A DNA stretch of 63,872 nucleotides, the filler included. It is 4 parts of 4 records of this genome, joined end to end, with 100 filler letters (N's around TTAATTAATTAA, not from the genome) between each part and the next. Parts side by side here need not be neighbours in the genome. Positions count along the whole stretch, not along the records: positions 22,458 to 34,412 come from SRR20825010_111; positions 34,513 to 55,568 come from SRR20825010_119; 2 more parts are not named here. One strand, written 5' to 3'. The notes under the pieces are model-generated. The model did no database searches, was not told the origin of the DNA, and saw only the letters and a list, made by a program, of their open reading frames with translations. This document shows positions 31,600-43,500 of this stretch, one piece after another. Each line of letters opens with the position of its first letter. Within the stretch, counting starts at the first letter, position 1. A program made the translations under genes and the position numbers.

Positions 31600-31977
31600 T
31601 TATACTTCCATACAATACGAGGTTATGCTTTTTATTTTTTCTCCTTTTGCACTTTGAAAGACATAAAAATCTGAAAACGCATATTTTTTTCCGTTTACCA
31701 TTGTCATCCATCCATTTGCTGCACCTTCTTTACCGTGAGATAAGATTTGGTCTAATTTCAATTCAGATGCTTTTACGGCTTGCATTTCTTCTAATTCTTT
31801 TACAAAATTTTCCTTTCCTTCAATTTTTTTATCCCCAATAACATTCCATACTATGTCATCTGTTACATTTTTAGTTAAAAAGGCAACATTTCCTTCAGCA
31901 AAAGCAATATTATATTGTTTTAAAAATTCCATTTTAGGTGAGTTCCCACAGTTTGGGCTTGATACTATTTTAGTCAT
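31600..31977 (-). CDS. SnoaL-like / NTF2 family protein
   Basis: NCGNSPK; VTDDIVWNVIG...GKE; HGKEGAANG. Confidence 0.8.
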   Translation of the reverse strand: MTKIVSSPNCGNSPKMEFLKQYNIAFAEGNVAFLTKNVTDDIVWNVIGDKKIEGKENFVKELEEMQAVKASELKLDQILSHGKEGAANGWMTMVNGKKYAFSDFYVFQSAKGEKIKSITSYCMEV

Positions 31978-31994
31978 TTTTATCGCTTTTAACC

Positions 31995-32411
31995 TTACAT
32001 ATTCTCATTATACAATAAGTTAAATTTATGTCCATCTGGGTCGGTAAAAACACAAACATAAAAGCCATTATCATCATAAAAAGCTTTTCTGTCTTTATTA
32101 GAATCGAATAAAATTTCACCTCCTGCCCTGTATATTTCAGTTACACAATGGTTGTATTCTTCTTTGCTTTCTACAGCCATAGAAAACATTACTTCATTAC
32201 CTTTTTTTAAATCTGCAGATTTGCTTTCCAGACTCGACTCAAACTTTTCTTTTTTGAAAAAGTGAATCACAAAATTATCAAGACCAAAAAAGAAGCTTAC
32301 CAAATTATTTGATGGGCTTCCATTTAACTGAAAACCTAAAGTTTGATAAAACACTTTAGTTTGTTCAATACTTTCTACACCAAGGTTTGCCCAAATTTGT
32401 TTTGTTTTCAT
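31995..32411 (-). CDS. VOC (glyoxalase-like) family protein
   Basis: IWANLGV...FYQTLGF; FTDPDGHKFN. Confidence 0.85.
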   Translation of the reverse strand: MKTKQIWANLGVESIEQTKVFYQTLGFQLNGSPSNNLVSFFFGLDNFVIHFFKKEKFESSLESKSADLKKGNEVMFSMAVESKEEYNHCVTEIYRAGGEILFDSNKDRKAFYDDNGFYVCVFTDPDGHKFNLLYNENM

Positions 32412-32495
32412 ATTATCTTATTTGTATAAACCATTAGCTACATCCACGTCCTGAATCTGCTAATCTTTTCTCCTCAAGGTGTTTAAGAAAAAAAA

Positions 32496-32894
32496 TTACT
32501 CCAAATTCAGTTGCCAAGAAACCCCAAATCTATCCTCTACAAAAGCAAATTGTTTACTAAACCCATAGCTATCCAAAGGCATTTTTACATCCCCATTTTC
32601 TGATAGTTTTGCATAAAGATGTTCAATTTCCTCTTTTGTGTTACATTCCACCCAACTTGAAACTGCAGGAGTAAAACTCCATTCGTGTTTAATAAAACTG
32701 TCGCTACATATAAACGGCGTTCCATTGAGTTCAAAAATTGCTTTTACAATTGTTCCTTCCAATCCCGGGCCATCTTTACCGTAACGCTGTACATTAATTA
32801 CTTTGGAATTATCGAACAGTTCTACATAAAAATTCATTGCTTCTTCAGCGTTGTTTCCCTGAAATGTTAGAAAAGTGGTGATTTGCTGTTTCAT
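32496..32894 (-). CDS. VOC family protein (PhnB / 3-demethylubiquinone-9 methyltransferase-like)
   Basis: FLTFQGNNAEEAMNFY; FTPAVS; EDRFGVSWQL. Confidence 0.88.
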   Translation of the reverse strand: MKQQITTFLTFQGNNAEEAMNFYVELFDNSKVINVQRYGKDGPGLEGTIVKAIFELNGTPFICSDSFIKHEWSFTPAVSSWVECNTKEEIEHLYAKLSENGDVKMPLDSYGFSKQFAFVEDRFGVSWQLNLE

Positions 32895-32915
32895 AGGTTT
32901 GTTTTAAACATAGGT

Positions 32916-33311
32916 TTAATTTTCGCAATACGTTTTTAATCGCAACAAAAACATCGCCCAATTATAATTACACCAACCGTAAAATTCGGTGCGTTTTTTC
33001 CAATTATAATGTTTTAACCTTAACGTTGTGGTATTGTTTTTTTCAGTCAGCTCAAAAGACACTTTGGTTCCAATCCACTCTTTATCAGAAGCCGTACATT
33101 CCCACACAATTTTGTTGTTTTCTACAAGCTCAATAATTTTAAACTTTGTGATATACCCTTCGTCAAAATCAAATTCATTAATAAAACCAACTTCAGGTTT
33201 CACTTTTAGTTTTTTTGTCCACACTTGGCCTAATCCTTCTTCTGAAGTTAGTGTTTTATAAACCCTTGCTTTAGGTGCTTTTATGTAATTAATATGTTCT
33301 ATGCTTTCCAT
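32916..33311 (-). CDS. SRPBCC domain protein
   Basis: IKAPKARVYKTL...VWT; EWIGTKVSF; WAMFLLRLKTYCE. Confidence 0.85.
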   Translation of the reverse strand: MESIEHINYIKAPKARVYKTLTSEEGLGQVWTKKLKVKPEVGFINEFDFDEGYITKFKIIELVENNKIVWECTASDKEWIGTKVSFELTEKNNTTTLRLKHYNWKKRTEFYGWCNYNWAMFLLRLKTYCEN

Positions 33312-33321
33312 ATTTATCTAT

Positions 33322-33705
33322 TTAATTCATTGAATGAAATCCAATAGAATTTCCTTCGGTATCCTTGATAATGGAAACAAATCCGTGTTCTCCAATGGCC
33401 ATTTTGGGTTGTATAATTTCAGCTCCATTTTCAACAGCTCTATTTTCTAATACTTTACAATCCTCACAACCAAAATAAACGAGACTTCCATTAGTAGAAG
33501 GTTTTACTGCTTCCATTTTTACCAAAGCACCAGCTGCACCATAATGTTCCATATCGTTCGGGAAGCCCTTCATCTGAACAGATGGATTTGTTGGATCGCT
33601 CATAGCCTCCATTGAAATTTGAAGTACTTTTTCGTAAAACTTTGCAGCTCTATCCATATCATTTACGTATATCTCGAACCACACTGAAGGATTAAATTTT
33701 TTCAT
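33322..33705 (-). CDS. VOC family protein
   Basis: WFEIYVNDMDRAAKFY; DTEGNSIGFHS. Confidence 0.88.
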   Translation of the reverse strand: MKKFNPSVWFEIYVNDMDRAAKFYEKVLQISMEAMSDPTNPSVQMKGFPNDMEHYGAAGALVKMEAVKPSTNGSLVYFGCEDCKVLENRAVENGAEIIQPKMAIGEHGFVSIIKDTEGNSIGFHSMN

Positions 33706-33768
33706 CCTTTGATTTTTTTAATTGATAGTATAACAAAAATGAAAAAAGGAGATCAAAAAAAACTTGTC

Positions 33769-34362
33769 CTATGGCAAGTTTTCTGCTTTAGACATCACTT
33801 CTTTTCTTATCCTACTCAAAGACGTGTCCGTAATTCCTAAATATGTAGCAATGTATTTTAAAGGTACTTCTTTAATAATTTCTGATTTTTCTTGTACCAA
33901 GTTTAAATATTTTTGCGAAGCACTCTGAGTGTGCATTGTAACGGCACGATGCTTTGCCATAAAAAGCTGGTGAGACATCCAAGTGCGACCCCATTCTGTA
34001 AAACCATCTATAGTGCTATACAAATTTTGAAAATCGTTAAACTCAATTTTATAGACTTCACAATCCGTTAAAGCTTGAATGGTTTCTTTTGAAGGAATAC
34101 GAAGAAATAAAGAAGCTACTTCAATTAAAATATCATTAGGGCTAAAAAAGTCAGTTGTAATTTCATTTCCTTTATAATCAATAACATACGATCGGAATAA
34201 ACCTTTTTTTATAAGATAATATTCGTTGCTTATTTTTCCTTCACTGAGAATGGTATCATTTTTAAGAAACTCAACTTTTGTATGGGCATCAATAATGCTT
34301 GTATAGTCTTCCTTTTGAATGTTGGGGTGGTTGTATGTTTTTTCAAAGAAATCAGTTTTCAT
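33769..34362 (-). CDS. Crp/Fnr family cNMP-binding regulator
   Basis: LSEGKIS...GLFRSY; PLKYIATYLGITDTSLSRIR. Confidence 0.9.
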   Translation of the reverse strand: MKTDFFEKTYNHPNIQKEDYTSIIDAHTKVEFLKNDTILSEGKISNEYYLIKKGLFRSYVIDYKGNEITTDFFSPNDILIEVASLFLRIPSKETIQALTDCEVYKIEFNDFQNLYSTIDGFTEWGRTWMSHQLFMAKHRAVTMHTQSASQKYLNLVQEKSEIIKEVPLKYIATYLGITDTSLSRIRKEVMSKAENLP

Positions 34363-34412
34363 AAAATTATGCTTTTGTATCGTTAATGTCCGAGTAAAAA
34401 TACAAGACCACT

Positions 34413-34512
34413 NNNNNNNNNNNNNNNNNNNNNNNNNNNNNNNNNNNNNNNNNNNNTTAATTAATTAANNNNNNNNNNNNNNNNNNNNNNNNNNNNNNNN
34501 NNNNNNNNNNNN
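34413..34512. other. Artificial contig spacer
   Basis: N44-TTAATTAATTAA-N44; abrupt change from AT-rich to GC-rich sequence. Confidence 0.98.
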
Positions 34513-34574
34513 TGAGCCGTTGGCGTTAGCCACGGTTTTCACGCGCAACTGCGGCAAGCGCCCAAGCGGCTCAC
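34513..34574. repeat. REP/REPIN-like inverted palindrome pair at the contig edge
   Basis: TGAGCCGTTGGCGTTAGCCACGGTT ... AACTGCGGCAAGCGCCCAAGCGGCTCAC; the arms are imperfect inverted copies and each folds into its own hairpin. Confidence 0.75.
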
Positions 34575-34607
34575 ATGGTTGTGCCCGAACACTCCTGCCG
34601 TCGTGCT

Positions 34608-35189
34608 TCAAAACGGTGGGGCGACCAACGGCGACGATGCGGTCATCCCTCGCGTCATCGCGGGGGCTTTAACCGGACGAGCCGGCGAGTCTTTGCGAGT
34701 GTAGTTTTCCTTGACCGGTGCTGGCCTGGAAGCGGCTGGCTTTTTGGCCTGTTGCTTCAGCACACGACTTTCGTCGGGAATGATCCGCAACTCCAAACCG
34801 GCCAAGTCTTTTTCCTGCATCGCTTTCACCTCACGGGCGAGAGCGATTCGATCTCGCCGGGTGGCTTCAAAGGATCGCGAAACGATCTTCTTTGGCGACG
34901 TGCCGCCTTTCTCATACAAAGCGATTCGCAATCGCCCATCGGTCAAGAACTCTTTGCTGGACCCGACATAAAACTGCCGCCAAGATTTCGATTCTTTGTC
35001 GTAAGCGGTCAGCAAATAGCGTGAACGCTGAGTCAGCGGACGACGCAGGTATTCTTCGGGCGTGATCGGGTCCGCAATCAAATCGCGAACCTCGCGAATT
35101 TGAAGGTATCGACGACGGAACGTTGTGTTGGATTCGACCAACGTTGAATCGGGATAGGTCAGCTCGATTTCTGTATCTGGTTTGAACAT
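34608..35189 (-). CDS. Hypothetical protein with a WYL/SH3-like N-terminal domain
   Basis: GGAG SD before ATG 35189; IELTYP...RRR...RYLLTAYDKESKSWRQFY resembles the WYL core; P/A/K-rich tail. Confidence 0.6.
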   Translation of the reverse strand: MFKPDTEIELTYPDSTLVESNTTFRRRYLQIREVRDLIADPITPEEYLRRPLTQRSRYLLTAYDKESKSWRQFYVGSSKEFLTDGRLRIALYEKGGTSPKKIVSRSFEATRRDRIALAREVKAMQEKDLAGLELRIIPDESRVLKQQAKKPAASRPAPVKENYTRKDSPARPVKAPAMTRGMTASSPLVAPPF

Positions 35190-35434
35190 GGTTTGTCTCC
35201 TTCGGGACCGAGGAAGCATTGGCTCAGAAACATTGGCCTCTCAGTGCGCCTTGCATTGCATTGTTCGCGAGTGCCCGGACACGTTTGGTCAAAATGCTGG
35301 AATTTGAGCGATTCACTTACTCACTCAGCGATTTCCGGTCCGGTTTGTTCCGCTCGCGGAAACTTTGCGGCACCTCGCCAAACGCGTTTGCTAGAATGGG
35401 CACATCCCGCCTACTCCCCCGCCTGAGTTCACCC

Positions 35435-36880
35435 ATGATTCGCATTTTCCGTCATGCCGGTTTGTCACGTCCGTCAAAATGGATGTGCGGAATCGCCCGC
35501 ACCAACCAGTGCCGCGACGATCAGCACCGCATCACCCAAAGCGACACCCACCAAAACCGATCGCTTCTGTGCGGATTCTTGATTGTGACATTGGCAATCC
35601 CAACGATTGGGCTGGCTGAATCATGGCCGCAATTCCGAGGGCCACGAGGTGACGGTATCGTCACCAAAGGCAATCCACCGGTTCAGTTCGGCGAAGACAA
35701 AAACCTCACTTGGAAGTCCGATCTGGAAGGAAAGGCTTGGTCCTCACCCGTCATCGCTGACGGAACGATTTGGTTGACCTCCGCTGTGGAGATTGTTCCC
35801 ACGGAAGACGAACGCGTGGACTTGTTAAGAAAAACCGATAATGAAGAACGACAGTTCAAACAACTCGCGATCGCGAAAGCCATCGAACTGAAAGTCTTCG
35901 CGGTTGATCTTGAAACTGGGCAATTGAAACAAACGATTGAGCTGACCACCGTTGAACAGCCCGATGCAATTCATTCACTCAACAGCTACGCATCGCCGAC
36001 ACCGGTGATCGATGGCAATCGCCTTCTTTGCCACTTCGGAACCTTTGGAACGTTCTGCCTTGATCGGACCGACGGCAAATTGATCTGGGAGCGGACGTTG
36101 CCGCTGAAGCACGCCGTGGGCCCGGGCAGCTCGCCCATCGTTCACGATGGGAAAGTGATCCTGATTCAGGACGGACTGGAGCGGCAATATGTGATCGCCC
36201 TGAACGCGGAAACTGGTTCGACGGAATGGGAAACCGATCGCCCGCCAATGGACGCACCCACCGGTGATCAGAAGAAAGCCTACTGCACCCCCATTGTCGT
36301 TACCGACTCAAACGGTCGTGAGCAATTGCTTTGCATGGGTTCGCAGTGGATGGTTTCGTACAACGCAAAAACGGGCGAAGAGTTTTGGCGTCTCTATCAT
36401 GGCAAAGGATTCTCTGTTGTTCCTCGCCCCATCTTCGATGGCAATGCGGTCTACTTCTCGACCGGGTTTGGCAAACCACAACTCTGGGCGGCAAAGGTCG
36501 ATGGTTCCGGTGACGTCACCGACTCTCATGTGCTGTGGACGGTGAAGAAGAGCATCCCAGCGAAGCCGTCACCAATCGCCGTCGATAGATTGCTATTCGT
36601 GGTCGACGACAACGGAGTCGCATCCTGCATCGACAGCGAGGACGGCACCAACGTTTGGTCCAAACGCTTGGGCGGAAAGTTTTCTGCCTCACCGATAATG
36701 GCAAACGGCCGAATGTACTTTTGTAATCATGACGGCGAGGTATTTGTCATCAAACCCGGCACGGAGTGTGACATCGAAGTGACCAATCAGATCGACGGAC
36801 AAATCATGGCATCCCCCGCCGTGATCGGCGATGCTTTGATTTTGCGAACCGCGACGTCGCTTTACCGATTCGATCGGTAA
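35435..36880 (+). CDS. PQQ-like beta-propeller protein (planctomycete BamB-like family)
   Basis: ESWPQFRGPRGDG after a signal segment; repeated SSP/TP blades and G-x-x-x-W docking motifs; start uncertain. Confidence 0.88.
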   Translation: MIRIFRHAGLSRPSKWMCGIARTNQCRDDQHRITQSDTHQNRSLLCGFLIVTLAIPTIGLAESWPQFRGPRGDGIVTKGNPPVQFGEDKNLTWKSDLEGKAWSSPVIADGTIWLTSAVEIVPTEDERVDLLRKTDNEERQFKQLAIAKAIELKVFAVDLETGQLKQTIELTTVEQPDAIHSLNSYASPTPVIDGNRLLCHFGTFGTFCLDRTDGKLIWERTLPLKHAVGPGSSPIVHDGKVILIQDGLERQYVIALNAETGSTEWETDRPPMDAPTGDQKKAYCTPIVVTDSNGREQLLCMGSQWMVSYNAKTGEEFWRLYHGKGFSVVPRPIFDGNAVYFSTGFGKPQLWAAKVDGSGDVTDSHVLWTVKKSIPAKPSPIAVDRLLFVVDDNGVASCIDSEDGTNVWSKRLGGKFSASPIMANGRMYFCNHDGEVFVIKPGTECDIEVTNQIDGQIMASPAVIGDALILRTATSLYRFDR

Positions 36881-36919
36881 AGAGAGCGAAGAAAGAATCA
36901 GATCAATGAGCTGGTCAGC

Positions 36920-37114
36920 TCAGTTTGGCTTGGCGACCGGGGTGACTCGTTTCGCCTTGCAATTGTTTTCTTCCAGGCGACGGGCCGTTTCTTCGCGATA
37001 GAGCTGGGTCGTCGTTTCGTGAGCTTCGCCTGACTCTTGCTTGCGATTGAGCAGTTTGCTCGCGATGACGGGGTGTGTGAAACCGTGAACAGTTTGGATG
37101 AATGCAGGATTCAT
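36920..37114 (-). CDS. Small hypothetical protein (64 aa)
   Basis: MNPAFIQ... with plausible codon use; no family recognised. Confidence 0.4.
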   Translation of the reverse strand: MNPAFIQTVHGFTHPVIASKLLNRKQESGEAHETTTQLYREETARRLEENNCKAKRVTPVAKPN

Positions 37115-37577
37115 TGGATCGAAATCTAAGTTTGCTTTGAGACTGAAGTGAATGTTTGCCGAGAGTGTTTGTTCTCTCAGCGGTGACAATGCCTGTAAAA
37201 AGATGCACGTCGCGTGCCGAAGACGAACAAAAATGCATCGGATACGTGACAACGAGTGTGCCGCGGCCAGATCACCAGCATTGCCATCCGGTGGATCGGG
37301 CAAAGATCCAGAGCCCAGAGGGCGCACAATGTTTCGGTTGTATCGATCAGATGAGACAAAACGGGCAAGAAGCTGCCCGGTCCTCGGATCGCATCAAAAT
37401 GACTCTCGGATCGCTTCGAACAAGGGTTCTACGGCCTAGGAATGAGAACCGATCACGCAAACAGCCATGTTTTCGTGATCAAGTTCCTTTGCCCCATGAC
37501 CCTCTAAACTTTGAATCGCGATATGAAGACGGGTTTGTTTTCATCGCGTCGATTTCAAAGGAATGCGTTCCAAATGG

Positions 37578-38168
37578 ATGGATGAACCATCACGCCAGGA
37601 TTCGTTCGCCGAGCGTTCCCTCACTCTGCTCGGTTCATTTGAGTACCAAGTGCTTCAATTGCGAACGATGAGCGATCCTCTGGATGCCACTTTTCTAGGC
37701 AGGGCTCTCACCGTGATTCAGTCCATTCGCATGGACGCTGCCGATTTGGAATTGGTGACGATCGCGGCGAACGCTCGCGACATTCAAACATCGTTGCAGC
37801 AGATCGCCGAACGGGAACAGTCGCCCGGAACGGAAGCGGTCGGAAAAATTCTGCGGAAAACACATCGTCTGCGGCAATTGATCGAAGCAAGCACCGACGA
37901 TTCGAATTTGCCGGATGCCCGCAAAACCACCCAGAACGCGGGAATGGATAAAACACCAGCCCCAAAACGACTCCGCCCCCAATTCACGGTTCCGCCCGCG
38001 GCCAAGCGACTCGAAGATCTGATGGGCGAAATCTTGCTCCGCCTCGATGACTGCTTGGCGGTGGAACCGAAGTCACCCGACGATACCGCACCCACCGGAG
38101 TCTCCGATTTGACATCACCCGGCGATGAAGAATCAGAGATTCCAAACGATGATGTGATCGAAAGGTGA
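37578..38168 (+). CDS. Hypothetical helical protein, possibly Hpt-like
   Basis: Amphipathic helices; fills the gap upstream of pyrG; acidic tail. Confidence 0.6.
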   Translation: MDEPSRQDSFAERSLTLLGSFEYQVLQLRTMSDPLDATFLGRALTVIQSIRMDAADLELVTIAANARDIQTSLQQIAEREQSPGTEAVGKILRKTHRLRQLIEASTDDSNLPDARKTTQNAGMDKTPAPKRLRPQFTVPPAAKRLEDLMGEILLRLDDCLAVEPKSPDDTAPTGVSDLTSPGDEESEIPNDDVIER

Positions 38169-38365
38169 AAATCGTGGACGAATGGAGGCTCGGCCTTGTC
38201 TCCTCCTCCGAATCGCCCAGCCCTGTTTTTGTGGGGATTTGTGGACGGAACAGGCGTCTGGAATTGCATCCCAACACCCTCTAGCGGGTCTTCTCGCGAC
38301 AATCCCCCGCAATCGAACGATCGGGTCGTCAACGCCGCTTCCGAAAACATTCCATCACGGTATGA

Positions 38366-40030
<1,665 letters not shown>

Positions 40031-40068
40031 ACCGATACAGTCTCCTCCCCCTCTTTACCTGATTTGCC

Positions 40069-40497
40069 ATGACAAACTCTGATCCAAAAGAAAACGAAAC
40101 AGACGAGTCGCCTCAAATCGTGGTGGACTCGGATTGGAAAGAACAAGTCGCCAAAGAGAAAGAAACTCTGGCCAACCAAACCGAAACTGAGTCCAGCAGC
40201 GATTCTGTGGCTGAAACCAAAGAAGCCGCCGCTGAATCCGCGGGATCCAAGCTCCCACCGGCCAGTTTCGAAGTTTTGGTGTCAATGTTGTTCACACAGG
40301 GAATGAGCTCACTGGGCCAGATCCCCATGCCGGGCCAAGAAGAAGGCCGTGTCGACAAACCGATGGCGAAACACTCCATCGACACGCTCGAAGTGTTGTC
40401 GGAAAAGACCAAAGGCAACTTGTCCGACGACGAATCGAAGATGTTGACCGAAGCCACGCACGCGTTGAGGATGGCCTACGTCAGCACACGCGGTTAG
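40069..40497 (+). CDS. DUF1844 family protein
   Basis: VDSDWKEQV; LPPASF; LGQIP; AKHSIDTLEVLSEKTKGNL; LRMAYV. Confidence 0.85.
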   Translation: MTNSDPKENETDESPQIVVDSDWKEQVAKEKETLANQTETESSSDSVAETKEAAAESAGSKLPPASFEVLVSMLFTQGMSSLGQIPMPGQEEGRVDKPMAKHSIDTLEVLSEKTKGNLSDDESKMLTEATHALRMAYVSTRG

Positions 40498-40548
40498 AGT
40501 GAAACGCTGGTTTCTCGGATTCGCTTCTCGAACTCGCTATCTGCTGCC

Positions 40549-43500
40549 ATGCCATCCACCGATCGAACACCGTTGTTCGGCCAATCGCGTTTCCTCCGCG
40601 TCGCTGGTTTGTTGCTAGCGATCATCGCGGCCTCGAACTGGCCGGCGCATCGCCTGGTTGCTCAGGATGAGCCTGTCGAAGATTCCGCGGCTGTTGCTCT
40701 GTATGCAGACGCGGCAAACTTCCAAACCAACGGTGCGATCGGATTGGCGGTCGATACGTGGAGGAAATTCCTGAAGGAATACCCGAGCAGCCCGCTGGCG
40801 TCCAAAGCATCGCACTACCTGGGCGTTTGCTACATGCAACAGGACACGCCCGATCTGAAAGCTGCTGCCGAAGCCTTCAAAACCGCGCTCGAAGACACCA
40901 AATACGACCTTCGCGAAGAAAGCTTGTCCAACCGAGGTTGGTGCCTTTACGCCGCTGCCGGAACAGGCGAAGAAGCGGATCCAAAATTGCTCCGCGAATC
41001 AATCGCGACCTACGACACGCTGATCAAAGAAATCCCTGATTCGCGGTTGCTCGACCGAGCGTACTTCTATCGAGGTGAAGCCCAGTATGCACTCGGTGAA
41101 TTGGACAAGGCCATCGAGTCCTACAACGCGATGATGAAACTTGATGACATCGCGAGTTCCGCATTGCGGTGCGATGCCCTCTACGCTCGAGGCGTCGCGT
41201 TGGAGGAACAAAAAAACTACGACCAAGCCCAATCGTCTTACCAACAATTGCTCCAGGCATGCGCCGACTCGGACTTGGTAGTCGATGTCGAGATCCGCAT
41301 GGGCGACATGCATTTGTTGCAGGGCGAAATGCACAAAGCCGTCGAGCGTTTCGACTCGGTCGCAACCAATGCAGACGCTACCGCGGAAGACAAGGCTTAC
41401 TCTTTTTTCCGCCAAGGCTACGCCTACGCCCAAGACGGTGATCCAACGAAAGCGTCCGCGTCATACGAAAAGCTTCTGACACAATTCCCTCAATCGCCTT
41501 ACGCTGCCGCGGCCACCTTGGCTTCCGCTCAAACGCTCTATCAAGCAGGAGACCTTCCGGGCGCCGCTTCGCGATTCCGCGACGTCCTCCAAGGGACGGA
41601 CCCTGTCGCCGCAACCGAATCGGCACACTGGCTGGCCCGAATTGATTTGGGCGTCGCCAACCGCGATCCATCCAAGACAGCAGAAGCGGCCAAATCGGCC
41701 TACGATGTCGCATCAGAATTGCTTGCCAAAGGTCCTCACGGAAGCTTCGCCGTCGCTCTCAAACTGGATGCGGCGGAAGCATTGTCATTGCAACCAGACC
41801 GATTGAACGATGCTTTTGAACAATACCAATCCATCGCAAGCGAACATTCGGACCATCCCCTCGCACCACGCGCGCTCTACAACGCGGCATTCGTTGCACT
41901 TCAACTTGGGAACACCGAACAAGCCGTGAAGCTGGCTGATTCGTTCGAATCGAAGTTCTCGAGTGATCCGCTCGCACCGGATGCTTTGTTCGTCGGTGCG
42001 GAGGCTTTGCTCGCGTCCGGCGAGGCATCTTCCGCGGCGGAGCGTTACCAATCATTGATTGATGACGCCAAACACCGTGATCACCCGCAGCGCGCAACCT
42101 GGATTTTACGTGGGGCAACGGCTTGGAAAGCAGCCGGCGAACCTACAAAGACAGCCAAGTTGGTTCGTGAAAATTTGGAGGCGATGAATACGCCGGAGCA
42201 GAAGGCCGAGGCATTGCTGCTGGCTGGCCAAGCAGAACTGTCCAGCGGCGATGCAGCTCAAGCCGCCAAAACATTTCAGGCCAGCCGAGAGGCTGCGCCA
42301 CAGTGGGCTCGTTCGGACGAAGCTTTCCTGATGGCCGGTCAATCGCAATTGACCGCAGGAAATCGCGAGGCGGCGGAGGGTATTTGGAAAGAGCTCATTC
42401 GCAGCAATGGCGAAAGTCGCATGGCTGACCAAGCCCGATACAAACTGGGGCAATTGGCCAACGGCGAACAGCAATACGCTGCCGCAATCGAATACTTTGA
42501 ACCGATCCTGGCATCCAAACGGGATGCTGGCTTATTGCCGTTTGCCCGCTATGCCAAAGGCATGGCCGAACTGCAATCACAACAACACGAGCGTGCCGCC
42601 GAGTCTTTCTCAGAGCTGATCGACCAGAACCCCGATCACACGTTGAGCGACGATGCGCTGCTCTCGCGAGGGATTGCTTATCGACATCTGAATCGCGAGG
42701 CCGATTCGCGAAACGACTTGAACGCGTACTTGGATTCGAAGCCAACCGGCAACAACCTTGGACATGCCTTGTACGAACTGGCGTTGTTGGACCAAAACGC
42801 ATCGCAAACGGTTCAAGCGGCTGAATCCTTGCAACGGATCGTCGATGAAGTCCCTGACTATCCCGACATGGACAAGGTGCTTTACGAACTCGGTTGGTCA
42901 CTCCGCGAAAGCGGAAAGGATGATCAAGCCCTCACCAAGTTTGAACAACTGATCGCGAAATACCCGGACAACGCCTTGGTCGCCGACGCGGCCTACTTTG
43001 TCGGACAAGATCACTATCGCAATTCGAAATGGGGCGACGCGGCGGACGCATTTCAAATCGCAGCCGACAAATCCAATGACTTGGACTTGAAAGAAAAATC
43101 GCTGTATCGGTTGGGGTGGTGCTTTTACAAGCAACAAAAGTACGCCGAAGCGGAAGCCGCCTTCAAACGTCAATACGTCGAAGTCCAGCAGGGCGGTTTG
43201 CTGCTGGATTCAATGATGATGATTGGCGAATCTCGCTTCAAACAGGAACAGTACGAAACGGCTCTGCGGGCTTACACCAAGGCACGCGAGAAGATTGAAG
43301 CCGACAATGATTCCGCGAAAACGGTCCGTGACAAAGCCGAACGGCAGGTTCGCGAATTGATCCTGCTGCACGGAGGGCAAAGTGCAGCCCAATTGGGTCA
43401 ATATGAGGACGCGATCGGATGGTACGACGCTCTCCGAGAAAGATTCCCGGCCACAACCTATCTTCCCCAAGTGTTCTATGAGATCGGATTCGCCGCCCAA

